A stretch of 64,000 nucleotides of DNA, taken from positions 18,292-82,291 of the IMG/VR virus record IMGVR_UViG_3300046820_000903; one strand, given 5' to 3'. This document shows positions 56,259 through 64,000 of this stretch, piece after piece. A program made the position numbers and the translations under genes. This DNA is from a virus. Below the pieces are notes generated by a model. It worked only from the letters and a program-made list of their open reading frames with translations. It did no database searches and was not told the origin of the DNA. Positions within the stretch are counted from its first letter, which is position 1, and each line of letters opens with the position of its first letter.

Positions 56259-58157
56259 TTACTGTCCTTGGTTTACAGTAATCTTAGTACATCCACCTGC
56301 GGTGGCACAGTTACTTGTAATTGAGTAAAACTGCTGTGTGCTTCCGCGTTGTGTCAAGCTTAGATCCTGCGCTAAACCTGATAATGTAACTCTAGCCATG
56401 TGCCCAGCACTACCTTGTTGAGTAATGTCAACGTTCTTGCTACCGCCGCTTAGGTTAACTTCAGCATAGTGACTTCCGCTATCCTTTTGTTGGATGTTAA
56501 GGGAGTTGTTATTGTTTTGTATGTTAACAAACACTCCTTTGCCACCACCAGTGCTTTGTTGAGTAATGTTAACTGTATTGCTATTGCCAGTGACATTTAA
56601 CTCAGCGTAGTTAACTTGCGTTTGGTTATTACCAGACTGTGCAATAGTAATATCATTGAATGAGCCATTGCCGTTATATTCAGCATAGTTTTGTCGAGTG
56701 CCAAATTGTGTTACAGTTATTTCATTCATGTTACCAATCTGTTCAATGTAAACTTTGCTGTCATTTGTGGTACGTCCTGTGAATGACTGTACCTTGGCTG
56801 TATTTGTAGAATCAGCATTAAAGGCTGAAGCACTACCTCCACAGCATAATGTATTTGCTGCCGCAGTAGTTGGATCAACAACGGTATTGCTAGTTGCAGT
56901 ACTTGTGGTAGTATTATTGGCATCATAGAAATAGGTAATCTCGGCAATTTGTACGCTGTTGCCAGCATTGTTTTTAATAGAAGGAAATATCATAAAATAA
57001 TAAACATAAGCAGTAGAGTTAGTTACTGGTATGTCATTACTAACACTAAATCTATTATTAGACAACGACAAAGACCCTTGCTGAATTAATGTCCATGTTG
57101 ATCCATCATTTGAGCCGTAAAGTTTATAACTTGTTGGGTCTCGTTCTACAGCATCATTAGCCGTAGTTAATTTAAAACTAGTAACAACTCGACCAGCATT
57201 TAATTGAATAGTGACCCCGGCATTTTGTTTGTCAAAGTTTAAGTATTTGGTATAGGGATTATTATCAAACGCATTGTAAGGACCTTCATTACTGGGACTG
57301 TTATTGCTAGTAGGTATCGCTCGAGTAATATACACACCAGAGCTATTATTGTAAATTGCTGTGGGGGCTGGTGGCGGAGGGCCCGGTGGAGTTTGTGGTG
57401 TTCCTGTTCCTGGCCCGGCATTGGTCACACTCATTGTGCTATTATAGCCGCCTGCTGTGCCTGATGTTGTACCACCTGTGGTACTGGGACCACCGCCGTT
57501 TTCGTTGGCAACAAGTCCTGCTGTGCTTTGTCCAGGAGTACCCGAACTGTTGACAATACAGGGATTACTTCCACCCCATGCACCTTGGCAAGCACCCATA
57601 CCTGGGTTTGTTGTCCATCCTTGAGCATTGTATCCGTAAGCAGGGCCAAACTCTGGGTTATACAATAAGTTGCCGCCACCGTTGAGTTGTAAGGTAGGAG
57701 CACGATACCAAGGACCGTAATCACCTGCCCAGTAACTTCCGTCGATGCCATACATTGCAACTGTGGCATAGGCTACGTTGGCACAACTACCACCGCAGTT
57801 GGTTGAACTGACTGTTAGTGTTGTCCAAGGTACGCTAGGATCAGCCCAAGGGTTTCCAGGTGCGCCATTTGGGTTTGGTAGATTTCTATTGTAGCTTGAA
57901 TTTACTGAAGATAATAATGTGCCGCCCGCCGCATAGAATTGTATTCTTACGTTGGCAGTATCTGCTTCGTTTGGTCTACCACCACCATTGTGTGCTAGGG
58001 CACTAAATGTAAATGTTCCGCCTTGTTGCATGGCACTATTGAACACTACGTTTTGACTGATAGTTGTTGTCACATAAGCAGTGGCAATAGAGTTATAGTT
58101 TGTCTGTGCAAACGCAGTTGAACACAATAAAACTAAAGATAATAAAAACTTTTTCAT
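56259..58157 (-). CDS. secreted protein with lectin/discoidin-like domains and C-terminal curlin-like repeats
   Basis: Sec signal (MKKFLL...AFA); AFDNNPYTKYL...LTTAND..RDPTSYKLYGSNDGSTWTLI (F5/8-like); repeats VYIEQIGNMNEITVTQ and ITQQGSAGH. Confidence 0.75.
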   Translation of the reverse strand: MKKFLLSLVLLCSTAFAQTNYNSIATAYVTTTISQNVVFNSAMQQGGTFTFSALAHNGGGRPNEADTANVRIQFYAAGGTLLSSVNSSYNRNLPNPNGAPGNPWADPSVPWTTLTVSSTNCGGSCANVAYATVAMYGIDGSYWAGDYGPWYRAPTLQLNGGGNLLYNPEFGPAYGYNAQGWTTNPGMGACQGAWGGSNPCIVNSSGTPGQSTAGLVANENGGGPSTTGGTTSGTAGGYNSTMSVTNAGPGTGTPQTPPGPPPPAPTAIYNNSSGVYITRAIPTSNNSPSNEGPYNAFDNNPYTKYLNFDKQNAGVTIQLNAGRVVTSFKLTTANDAVERDPTSYKLYGSNDGSTWTLIQQGSLSLSNNRFSVSNDIPVTNSTAYVYYFMIFPSIKNNAGNSVQIAEITYFYDANNTTTSTATSNTVVDPTTAAANTLCCGGSASAFNADSTNTAKVQSFTGRTTNDSKVYIEQIGNMNEITVTQFGTRQNYAEYNGNGSFNDITIAQSGNNQTQVNYAELNVTGNSNTVNITQQSTGGGKGVFVNIQNNNNSLNIQQKDSGSHYAEVNLSGGSKNVDITQQGSAGHMARVTLSGLAQDLSLTQRGSTQQFYSITSNCATAGGCTKITVNQGQ

Positions 58158-59260
58158 CGACGTAGTACACCATTGTTTTGTTTAATGTAGATAGTATTGC
58201 CACCTCCGCCGCCGGGGCCAATTAGTTCACTGGCACTAGCATCATTATGAACAATTGTAACAAATGTATTGCTACTGTAGCCCTGTGTTTTAACTTCAGA
58301 ATAGTGATCTTCGTTGCTTCTAAAAGCAATACCTTTACCCCTACTTTGAATATCAGCTCCGTCAGGTATTGTCCATGCTACACAAACACTTGTGCTGGCG
58401 TTACAGCCATTTTTGCCCGCTGAAATTGCCAGTGCCAATATACGTGCTTTTTCAATTTCATCTGCTGACTCTTTGACTCGTTGCGCTAAACGTCTGGCGG
58501 CTTCTGCTTCAATTTCAGCATCCATTTCTTCTTTCTTGGTACGACCAGTGTTGTCGCGAATCGCACGTTCAACTTCGTATGGCCTAACAAGAATTAAGTT
58601 GTTGTTGATTTTGCTTTCTAGTGTGTTAATAATAGTTGGCATTGTAGGTCTGCTATCAAAGCTGGTAACGTATGTTGCTTCAAATGCCTTATCTAATACA
58701 ACTGTGCCAGCGGCATTAGATACAGAAATCTGTCCCACCTTACAACGGTTTTCTTCTAGTTCGTACTTCTTTTGTTCGCTTTCGTCTTTGCAACTTGGTA
58801 GTAATACAACTAGGCTTTGCCCTGTTTCGTCGACAGTCATTGAAAAGTCGGTGCCACGAACAGAAATGTTTGCTGTGGGTGTATTAACAGCAACTTGTTG
58901 TGGACTGTTTTTGGCAATTTGGCCTGATGCATAACGTACAGTACCCATTGTTACTTTCATTGCCAATTTACCAGCATCGCTCTTCTTTGGATCAAATACA
59001 AAGTCGTCGATTACTAACTTTGAGTTTTCAGTGATTTTAACTTTAGTATCGTCTCGGAATGTGATGTTGCTTGAACAAGCCTGAGTCAGATAGGTATCCA
59101 TGCTTTCGATACTAGCACCCTTTATGCCTGAGGTTTTTGTTTTGCCACGTTGAACTTCACATTGTGTTCCTTTGTTATCGGACACAACACCAATACTACC
59201 GCTGGCAAAGGCGGTAGTATTTTGTACTAACAAAAGGGCTAATAGTAGCCTCCAATACAT
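58154..59260 (-). CDS. FecR-domain protein
   Basis: Signal peptide, ITFRDDTKVKITENSKL, GTVRYASG and VNTPTANISVRGTDF. Confidence 0.85.
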   Translation of the reverse strand: MYWRLLLALLLVQNTTAFASGSIGVVSDNKGTQCEVQRGKTKTSGIKGASIESMDTYLTQACSSNITFRDDTKVKITENSKLVIDDFVFDPKKSDAGKLAMKVTMGTVRYASGQIAKNSPQQVAVNTPTANISVRGTDFSMTVDETGQSLVVLLPSCKDESEQKKYELEENRCKVGQISVSNAAGTVVLDKAFEATYVTSFDSRPTMPTIINTLESKINNNLILVRPYEVERAIRDNTGRTKKEEMDAEIEAEAARRLAQRVKESADEIEKARILALAISAGKNGCNASTSVCVAWTIPDGADIQSRGKGIAFRSNEDHYSEVKTQGYSSNTFVTIVHNDASASELIGPGGGGGNTIYIKQNNGVLRR

Positions 59261-59263
59261 CGT

Positions 59264-60079
59264 TTATCTCGCAATGGCTGTGCCAGGATTAACAATTGAG
59301 CTACTACTTGTTCTAACAGTGATTGTATTGTTGCTACCTGTTGCGCGGATATCCACTGTGGTATCGTTAGTACCTTGTTGCTGAGTAGTGATACTGTTGA
59401 AACTACCAGCAATCACTTGCTTCAAGAAGTGACCGTTGGCACCAGCCGCATCCGTTTGTTGAATGTTTAATACGTTGCTGTTGCCAGTAATTTCAATGTC
59501 ACTTGTACCATTTGAACTCTTTAGTTCTTTGGTAATCTGGTTTTGATTGCCTGTGATTGCTGTTGTACTTGTAATGTCGCTACCTACTAACTGTTGAATA
59601 ACCAAGTTATTATCACCTGTGATAGTTTCAGTAACTGTGTTACGAAGGTTTAACGCATTGTTTGCATTGCCAATTGTTAAACTTGTATAGTTGTTGTGAC
59701 CAGTAACAGTACTTGTATAAACGTTGTTGCTACCTTGAATGTTATACTGTGCTGTGTTGGCATTACCAGTTTGTGTTAGTGTTAATGTGTTTGAACCGCC
59801 AGTAATTGTGCCATAGTTTGTAGAACTTGGGGCCGCTGGAGTAACAGTAGTGATACCGCTAGCAGAAACTGCTGTCACGGCTGTTAGTGCTGTACCACCT
59901 ACATTGTTAGTTCCGCCAACTTGTTCAATGGTAACAGTATTACTATTACCAACTTGTTCGATATAGACTTTATTGGGTCCGGTAGCAGATTGTGCCGTAG
60001 CGAACGCACTAACACTTGTAAGTGCTAATGCTACTAAAGTCATTGACAATGCTTTTGTCTTCTTCATCATTTTCAACAT
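59264..60079 (-). CDS. curlin-like repeat protein (CsgA/CsgB-like)
   Basis: Signal peptide plus many (I/V)xQxGxxN repeats, e.g. VYIEQVGNSNTVTIEQVG and LTQTGNANTAQYNIQGSNN. Confidence 0.78.
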   Translation of the reverse strand: MLKMMKKTKALSMTLVALALTSVSAFATAQSATGPNKVYIEQVGNSNTVTIEQVGGTNNVGGTALTAVTAVSASGITTVTPAAPSSTNYGTITGGSNTLTLTQTGNANTAQYNIQGSNNVYTSTVTGHNNYTSLTIGNANNALNLRNTVTETITGDNNLVIQQLVGSDITSTTAITGNQNQITKELKSSNGTSDIEITGNSNVLNIQQTDAAGANGHFLKQVIAGSFNSITTQQQGTNDTTVDIRATGSNNTITVRTSSSSIVNPGTAIAR

Positions 60080-60232
60080 AGATAGATTATTTGTTCTCTA
60101 CCTAGCTCCTGGGCAATGCCCGTTAACTTACCCTTTGTTCCTACTAGGGTGTGTGATTTTTCCGTACCACACACTACACAAGCAAGATCTATGCACAAGC
60201 TTTCATAAACAAGTGCTTTTAATAGTTAATTT

Positions 60233-60391
60233 TTAACTATCGTTTTGGCTTGGACCGTTTGCTTTTTTGTTTTCCTTAGTCCTCACCCTTTCTTTACTTT
60301 CACTTAACATCTTTTCCGTCGCTGGACAAGTCCAGCGCGGCGGCGCTGAAGTCTTGGGCGTTAGCCGGGGTTTGTGTCTGAACCAACTCAT
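60233..60391 (-). CDS. small basic protein overlapping the csgG 3' end
   Basis: MSWFRHKPRLTPK..., with GGAG about 8 nt upstream of the ATG. Confidence 0.4.
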   Translation of the reverse strand: MSWFRHKPRLTPKTSAPPRWTCPATEKMLSESKERVRTKENKKANGPSQNDS

Positions 60392-61274
60392 CTTTCTTCT
60401 CCGCTTTTTCAATTTGCGCTGGCACTGGCAGTGCCTTTGCAACAGGCTTGTCCTCTACGAAAGCCCAGTGCCCTTTACGGGCACCTTCATGAATTGTGTT
60501 TACCACTGCGGCTTGAACAGCAATGTCAATAGCTTTGTTGATACTTTCGTTGATACTGCCGCCAATTTCGCCTTCAAGTGCAGTTGCGTTTGCTCCTAAG
60601 GCTGTACCATCACCCACGAATCGTAGCAGAGTAACTTTATCCATATAACTTAAAACTGTTTTAGTTACTGTTGTTGTTGTTAAGATTTCTCCTGTGTTAA
60701 CACTGACTGTTCGTAGTGTAACTGTAACCGTATCGCTTTGATATTGTGTGCTGGCACCAATGCCAAATATACGCACACCAGATCCACCTGTTAGTGTGTT
60801 ACTGTCATAGCCAACAATGCCGCCTTCAACAATGATACCAGCAAACATCATTGGAGGTAAAGGTTTAGCATCTTTGCCTTGATATTGTTCGCGAGCTTGA
60901 CGAATCATTTGACGCTCTTTAATCAGGTTGTCTAAGCCTACACGTTCTAGTACTGTAAACCAACGTGCATCACCGGCTTCTTGTAAACTCTTGATTAGAT
61001 AGTTTTCACCACCTTGTGTTACTGCTGAACTTAAACTAGCAATGTTTGGCATTGACTTACGTTGTCCAGTCTTATCTGTAAAACCATAGACTGCAACAGG
61101 GATAGGGCCGCCTACTGGTGGTGCTAGTTTGTTTTGTTCTTTCTTTAAGAACTTGCTAGATTCTATAACGGGTTCGTCAAACTGTTTGCCAGTGATTTTC
61201 TCACGTAGTGCTGAACTTGAAGCACAACCTGTTAATAGTGCTACTACGGCCAAGGATAATAATGTCTTTTTCAT
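60300..61274 (-). CDS. csgG: curli secretion channel lipoprotein CsgG
   Basis: Lipobox LTGC, VAVYGFTDKTGQRK, SSAVTQG, WFTVLERVGLDNLIKERQMIR and EGGIVGYDSNTLTGGSG. Confidence 0.92.
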   Translation of the reverse strand: MKKTLLSLAVVALLTGCASSSALREKITGKQFDEPVIESSKFLKKEQNKLAPPVGGPIPVAVYGFTDKTGQRKSMPNIASLSSAVTQGGENYLIKSLQEAGDARWFTVLERVGLDNLIKERQMIRQAREQYQGKDAKPLPPMMFAGIIVEGGIVGYDSNTLTGGSGVRIFGIGASTQYQSDTVTVTLRTVSVNTGEILTTTTVTKTVLSYMDKVTLLRFVGDGTALGANATALEGEIGGSINESINKAIDIAVQAAVVNTIHEGARKGHWAFVEDKPVAKALPVPAQIEKAEKKDELVQTQTPANAQDFSAAALDLSSDGKDVK

Positions 61275-61284
61275 ACTTTAATCC

Positions 61285-61761
61285 TTAAATCTTAAATGCC
61301 GCGTATGGCATAACTAATTCTGTATAGTTGTTGGGGTTAATCATGTCACTGATTCTAACAACAATATTGTTTCCAACAATTTTCCATGTAATGTTTTGTC
61401 CACCAATGTCAATATCGCCACATGGGCCACCAACACTTAACGGTGTACATGCTGGAGCACCAGTGCTTGAGCCAAATAAGCTGTCACTGATACGTTTTGC
61501 TAGTTCACTGTAGATACGTGTTTCTAGATTAGCTTGGAATCTAGCTTGCGGAGTGTTTGCCGCATCACGCTCAGCCGCTGCCTTGATAGCATCTGCGGCT
61601 TGTCTATTCTTGTCTTTTTGCTGATCTTCTAACTGTTTAATAGTCAAGACGTGACTACTGTAGCCAATACCACTAAAGGCTGGACTACTAAAACTATGTT
61701 GAAGTTCTGCGGCATTTAATGCACCGCAAACCATCATTAATACTAACGTTATCTTTTTCAT
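61285..61761 (-). CDS. csgF: curli assembly protein CsgF
   Basis: Signal peptide, then AELQHSFSSPAFSG (CsgF N-terminal FxNPxFGG-like) and FQANLETRIYSELAKRISDSLFG; adjacent to csgG. Confidence 0.8.
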   Translation of the reverse strand: MKKITLVLMMVCGALNAAELQHSFSSPAFSGIGYSSHVLTIKQLEDQQKDKNRQAADAIKAAAERDAANTPQARFQANLETRIYSELAKRISDSLFGSSTGAPACTPLSVGGPCGDIDIGGQNITWKIVGNNIVVRISDMINPNNYTELVMPYAAFKI

Positions 61762-61794
61762 AGGCTAAAGTAGAGTAAAAATGCTCTACCCTAG

Positions 61795-61801
61795 TATTTA
61801 A
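61795..61801 (-). promoter_or_regulatory. late promoter motif for the csg operon
   Basis: TTAAATA 33 nt upstream of csgF, followed by a leader hairpin (GTAGAG/CTCTAC). Confidence 0.5.
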
Positions 61802-61834
61802 AAGGCTGTGTTAGATCGATAAGTGCTAATATAA

Positions 61835-63292
61835 TTATTTTAATTCGCGAGTGCTATGTGTGGTAGACATGGCAGTACGACCCTGTGGTGCCACAGTAGG
61901 GTCTTTGTTCTTGTCCACGGCAGTTAGTGCTTCTAACATAGGACCGCTTTCAAAGAAATTACGTGTGTATCCGCCCATGCGTGATGTACGGAATTGGCAA
62001 AGTTTGTTTGAACCCTTGGCAACCTTTTCGCCTTCGGCTGGTTTAGTCCAAATTTGAATAGTACGACTATTGCCTTGGTTAACATACTTGACATCAAGAT
62101 CCAAGTGTTTCATTGCTTCTTGTAGGTTAGCACTAAACTTAAGAATCTTATAGCTACCGCCTGCAATCTTGTCATCTAGTTTGACAATTTCAACATCTTC
62201 TAGACTTTCGCCACGAGCATAGATGTTGGCGGCATGTGACAATTGTTTGACTATTTCAGCTTCTTTGCCCGGTGTTTGGTCTTCAATGGTTTTGACAACA
62301 TAGGGATGAACTGTGTCGTCATAAAACTTCAACAAGTTCTTGTAAATTTGTTCTTCGCCTAGGGCAGGATCAAACTGTGCTTGATATGGACCAATGTCCA
62401 TGTTAAAGTTAATCTTAAACCACTTAGTCAAGTTGCCCAGTGTTAGTCCACTGAACTGTCCTAGTGTGTCGCTACCAAAAGTTTTCAAGCTCAGTAGGTT
62501 AACTTTACTGCCATCAACCTTTAAGGTCAAGTCTGCCTTGGTACCCTTGGCATCTGTAGTGCCATCACTAATAACATCAATGCGGTTGTTGTTTTTATCT
62601 TTACGAACTTTTTCACAGCTGACCTGCACACTATCAGATTCGTTAACATACTTGATAGCACTTGAGAATACAGCTTGTAAGTCACTGTCGAACTTTCTAG
62701 CATTAGCTTGCTCAATGAAAGCTTCGGCACTACGAGCAGGGATGCGAGCCAAGAAGCTCAATGTGTCTGACTTGGCCCCCGAATCAGGGTATGTAATAAC
62801 ACGTTCAATGGTAAACACATAGTTTTTGCCATCTAACTGGCTTTGTATATGTCCAATCATATCAAGCACTTGTTCGTTGGTAAGTGTTTGACCAATGTTA
62901 AAGAACTTGGCACTTACTGCCAGTCCCATAAACAGTTCGGCCAAGTGTCCAGCATTGTAGGACTTCTTGCCTTCTAATTTTGTAAACTCTTTGCCTTTGA
63001 ATAAGATGCTTAGTGGTTGTAAGCCTAGCTTACCATCAATGTACATTTTAACTTCTTTAGGCAAGTTAGCTTTGATATCACCACTGTACAACGCGGCTTG
63101 AAGTACAGGTACTTCTGATTTATCAATGGTAGCAATTGGGTTTTCAAATCTATCTCTGTAGCTTGGGTCAACAGGAAGTTCTGTGTCGGCATTGATTAGG
63201 TCAATCAAGATGCGTAGATACTTGCCGTCGTGCTTTAAAAGCTCTGCGGCTGTCAATGACTTTTCACTTAAAAATAAATCTCTAAAAAACAT
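61835..63292 (-). CDS. hypothetical protein, possible PD-(D/E)xK nuclease fold
   Basis: NAGHLAE...KGTKADLTLKVDG...LLSLKT; N-terminus MFFRDLFLSE. Confidence 0.5.
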   Translation of the reverse strand: MFFRDLFLSEKSLTAAELLKHDGKYLRILIDLINADTELPVDPSYRDRFENPIATIDKSEVPVLQAALYSGDIKANLPKEVKMYIDGKLGLQPLSILFKGKEFTKLEGKKSYNAGHLAELFMGLAVSAKFFNIGQTLTNEQVLDMIGHIQSQLDGKNYVFTIERVITYPDSGAKSDTLSFLARIPARSAEAFIEQANARKFDSDLQAVFSSAIKYVNESDSVQVSCEKVRKDKNNNRIDVISDGTTDAKGTKADLTLKVDGSKVNLLSLKTFGSDTLGQFSGLTLGNLTKWFKINFNMDIGPYQAQFDPALGEEQIYKNLLKFYDDTVHPYVVKTIEDQTPGKEAEIVKQLSHAANIYARGESLEDVEIVKLDDKIAGGSYKILKFSANLQEAMKHLDLDVKYVNQGNSRTIQIWTKPAEGEKVAKGSNKLCQFRTSRMGGYTRNFFESGPMLEALTAVDKNKDPTVAPQGRTAMSTTHSTRELK

Positions 63293-63293
63293 C

Positions 63294-64000
63294 TTAGTTA
63301 AACCTGTAATCGTATTTCATATTAGCAACACCTGTTTGTGCCTTACCAACAATTTCTTGATAAGCATCTGGGTGTGTTTGCTTTAGCTTTGCTAATATAG
63401 TCTGTATATTGTCTAAGTCGCTGGCCTTGCCTGATTTACCAAACAAGTATTTTGCAATCTTTTCTGGATGCTTACTCAATGTTTGTGCAACTTCATCGTC
63501 AACCAACCCATGCTTAAAACTCCATTTCCAGTTGGGATTAACCGCCCTGGCAATAGCACTTTTAAGTATATGTCGGAAGGCGCCTTTGGCACCTGTGGCA
63601 GGTTCTCCGCGCTTTGACCAACGACTGAACTCGCCTTCTCCAGGCTCGGCAATATCCAAGTCTATTTGTAAGAACTCATCAGAACCTGGAATAGGAGCCT
63701 TTACAGATAAACCATCGCCGCCTTTTTTAAAGTCTTCATCGCTGAATCCACTGCCTCGTAGTTTGCCTGACAGCCATTCACGGAAACGATTTTGGCTAGC
63801 CTTAAGGTCATCGTTAGGATCAACGTTAATGAAATCAACTGGGTCAAGAACAACATCACCATCCCCAGTTGTTTTGTTTGGATAAATGCTACTACCTGTT
63901 AGATACTTAAACAAAGGAATGCCCATGCGCTTTTCAAGGTACTTGACTGTGGCATGAACTTCCTCTGTTGTAGCGTCTTGTTTTGTAAGAGGTTTTTTAG
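63294..64000 (-). CDS. putative pol-beta-superfamily nucleotidyltransferase, 5' end outside the window
   Basis: Frame stays open to the window edge; LTGSS...KTTGDGDVVL and LQIDLD motifs. Confidence 0.6.
   Translation of the reverse strand, partial: KKPLTKQDATTEEVHATVKYLEKRMGIPLFKYLTGSSIYPNKTTGDGDVVLDPVDFINVDPNDDLKASQNRFREWLSGKLRGSGFSDEDFKKGGDGLSVKAPIPGSDEFLQIDLDIAEPGEGEFSRWSKRGEPATGAKGAFRHILKSAIARAVNPNWKWSFKHGLVDDEVAQTLSKHPEKIAKYLFGKSGKASDLDNIQTILAKLKQTHPDAYQEIVGKAQTGVANMKYDYRFN

Noticed and set aside
60181-60200. sigma54 promoter upstream of the curlin gene
   Set aside because: GTGCAT-N5-TTGCT has the -12 element but lacks the invariant GG at -24.
134-63885. Numerous plus-strand ORFs antisense to long minus-strand genes (e.g. 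913..1383, 1894..2448, 22380..22871, 40245..40706, 58392..58934, 63409..63885) and short same-strand out-of-frame ORFs
   Set aside because: They are shadows of well-supported genes, with no RBS, motif or operon logic.
1-64000. tRNA, rRNA, CRISPR array, transposase or integrase, and stop-codon reassignment
   Set aside because: I saw no cloverleaf, spaced direct-repeat array or recombinase motif by eye. Conserved genes are intact in the standard code and end in TAA, TAG or TGA. A tRNAscan or Infernal run would be needed to exclude RNA genes fully.

Overview
This window is a 64-kb, gene-dense, mostly minus-strand segment of a large T4-like (myovirus-type) phage genome, probably infecting a Gram-negative aquatic proteobacterium (inference). 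It holds five main blocks. (1) Early genes behind near-consensus sigma70 promoters: a MoxR AAA plus HExxH protein pair and an ArfA-like peptide. (2) Replication genes: RNase H/5'-3' exonuclease, sliding clamp, family B DNA polymerase and a DsbA-like protein. (3) A 7-deazaguanine DNA-modification set (folE, atypical queE, a QueD/DpdL-like T-fold protein, a large DpdA/TGT-like protein) interleaved with a glycosyltransferase, galE, a PRTase and MazG; no queC is visible. (4) A glycan, methyltransferase and radical-SAM island with a GH19 endolysin and an array of small paralogues. (5) A curli module (csgF, csgG, two curlin-repeat proteins, FecR) near a CHASE2 adenylate cyclase, plus metabolic genes (ferredoxin, glutaredoxin, ACP, desaturase, speD). 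The most unusual signal is three large late mosaic proteins built from modules joined at [ILVM]-x-E sites resembling T4 prohead-protease cleavage sites. Two of these sites sit directly before hidden internal Tat and Sec signal peptides. I saw no tRNA, rRNA, CRISPR array, IS element or intein. All calls come from motif recognition by eye; no searches were run.
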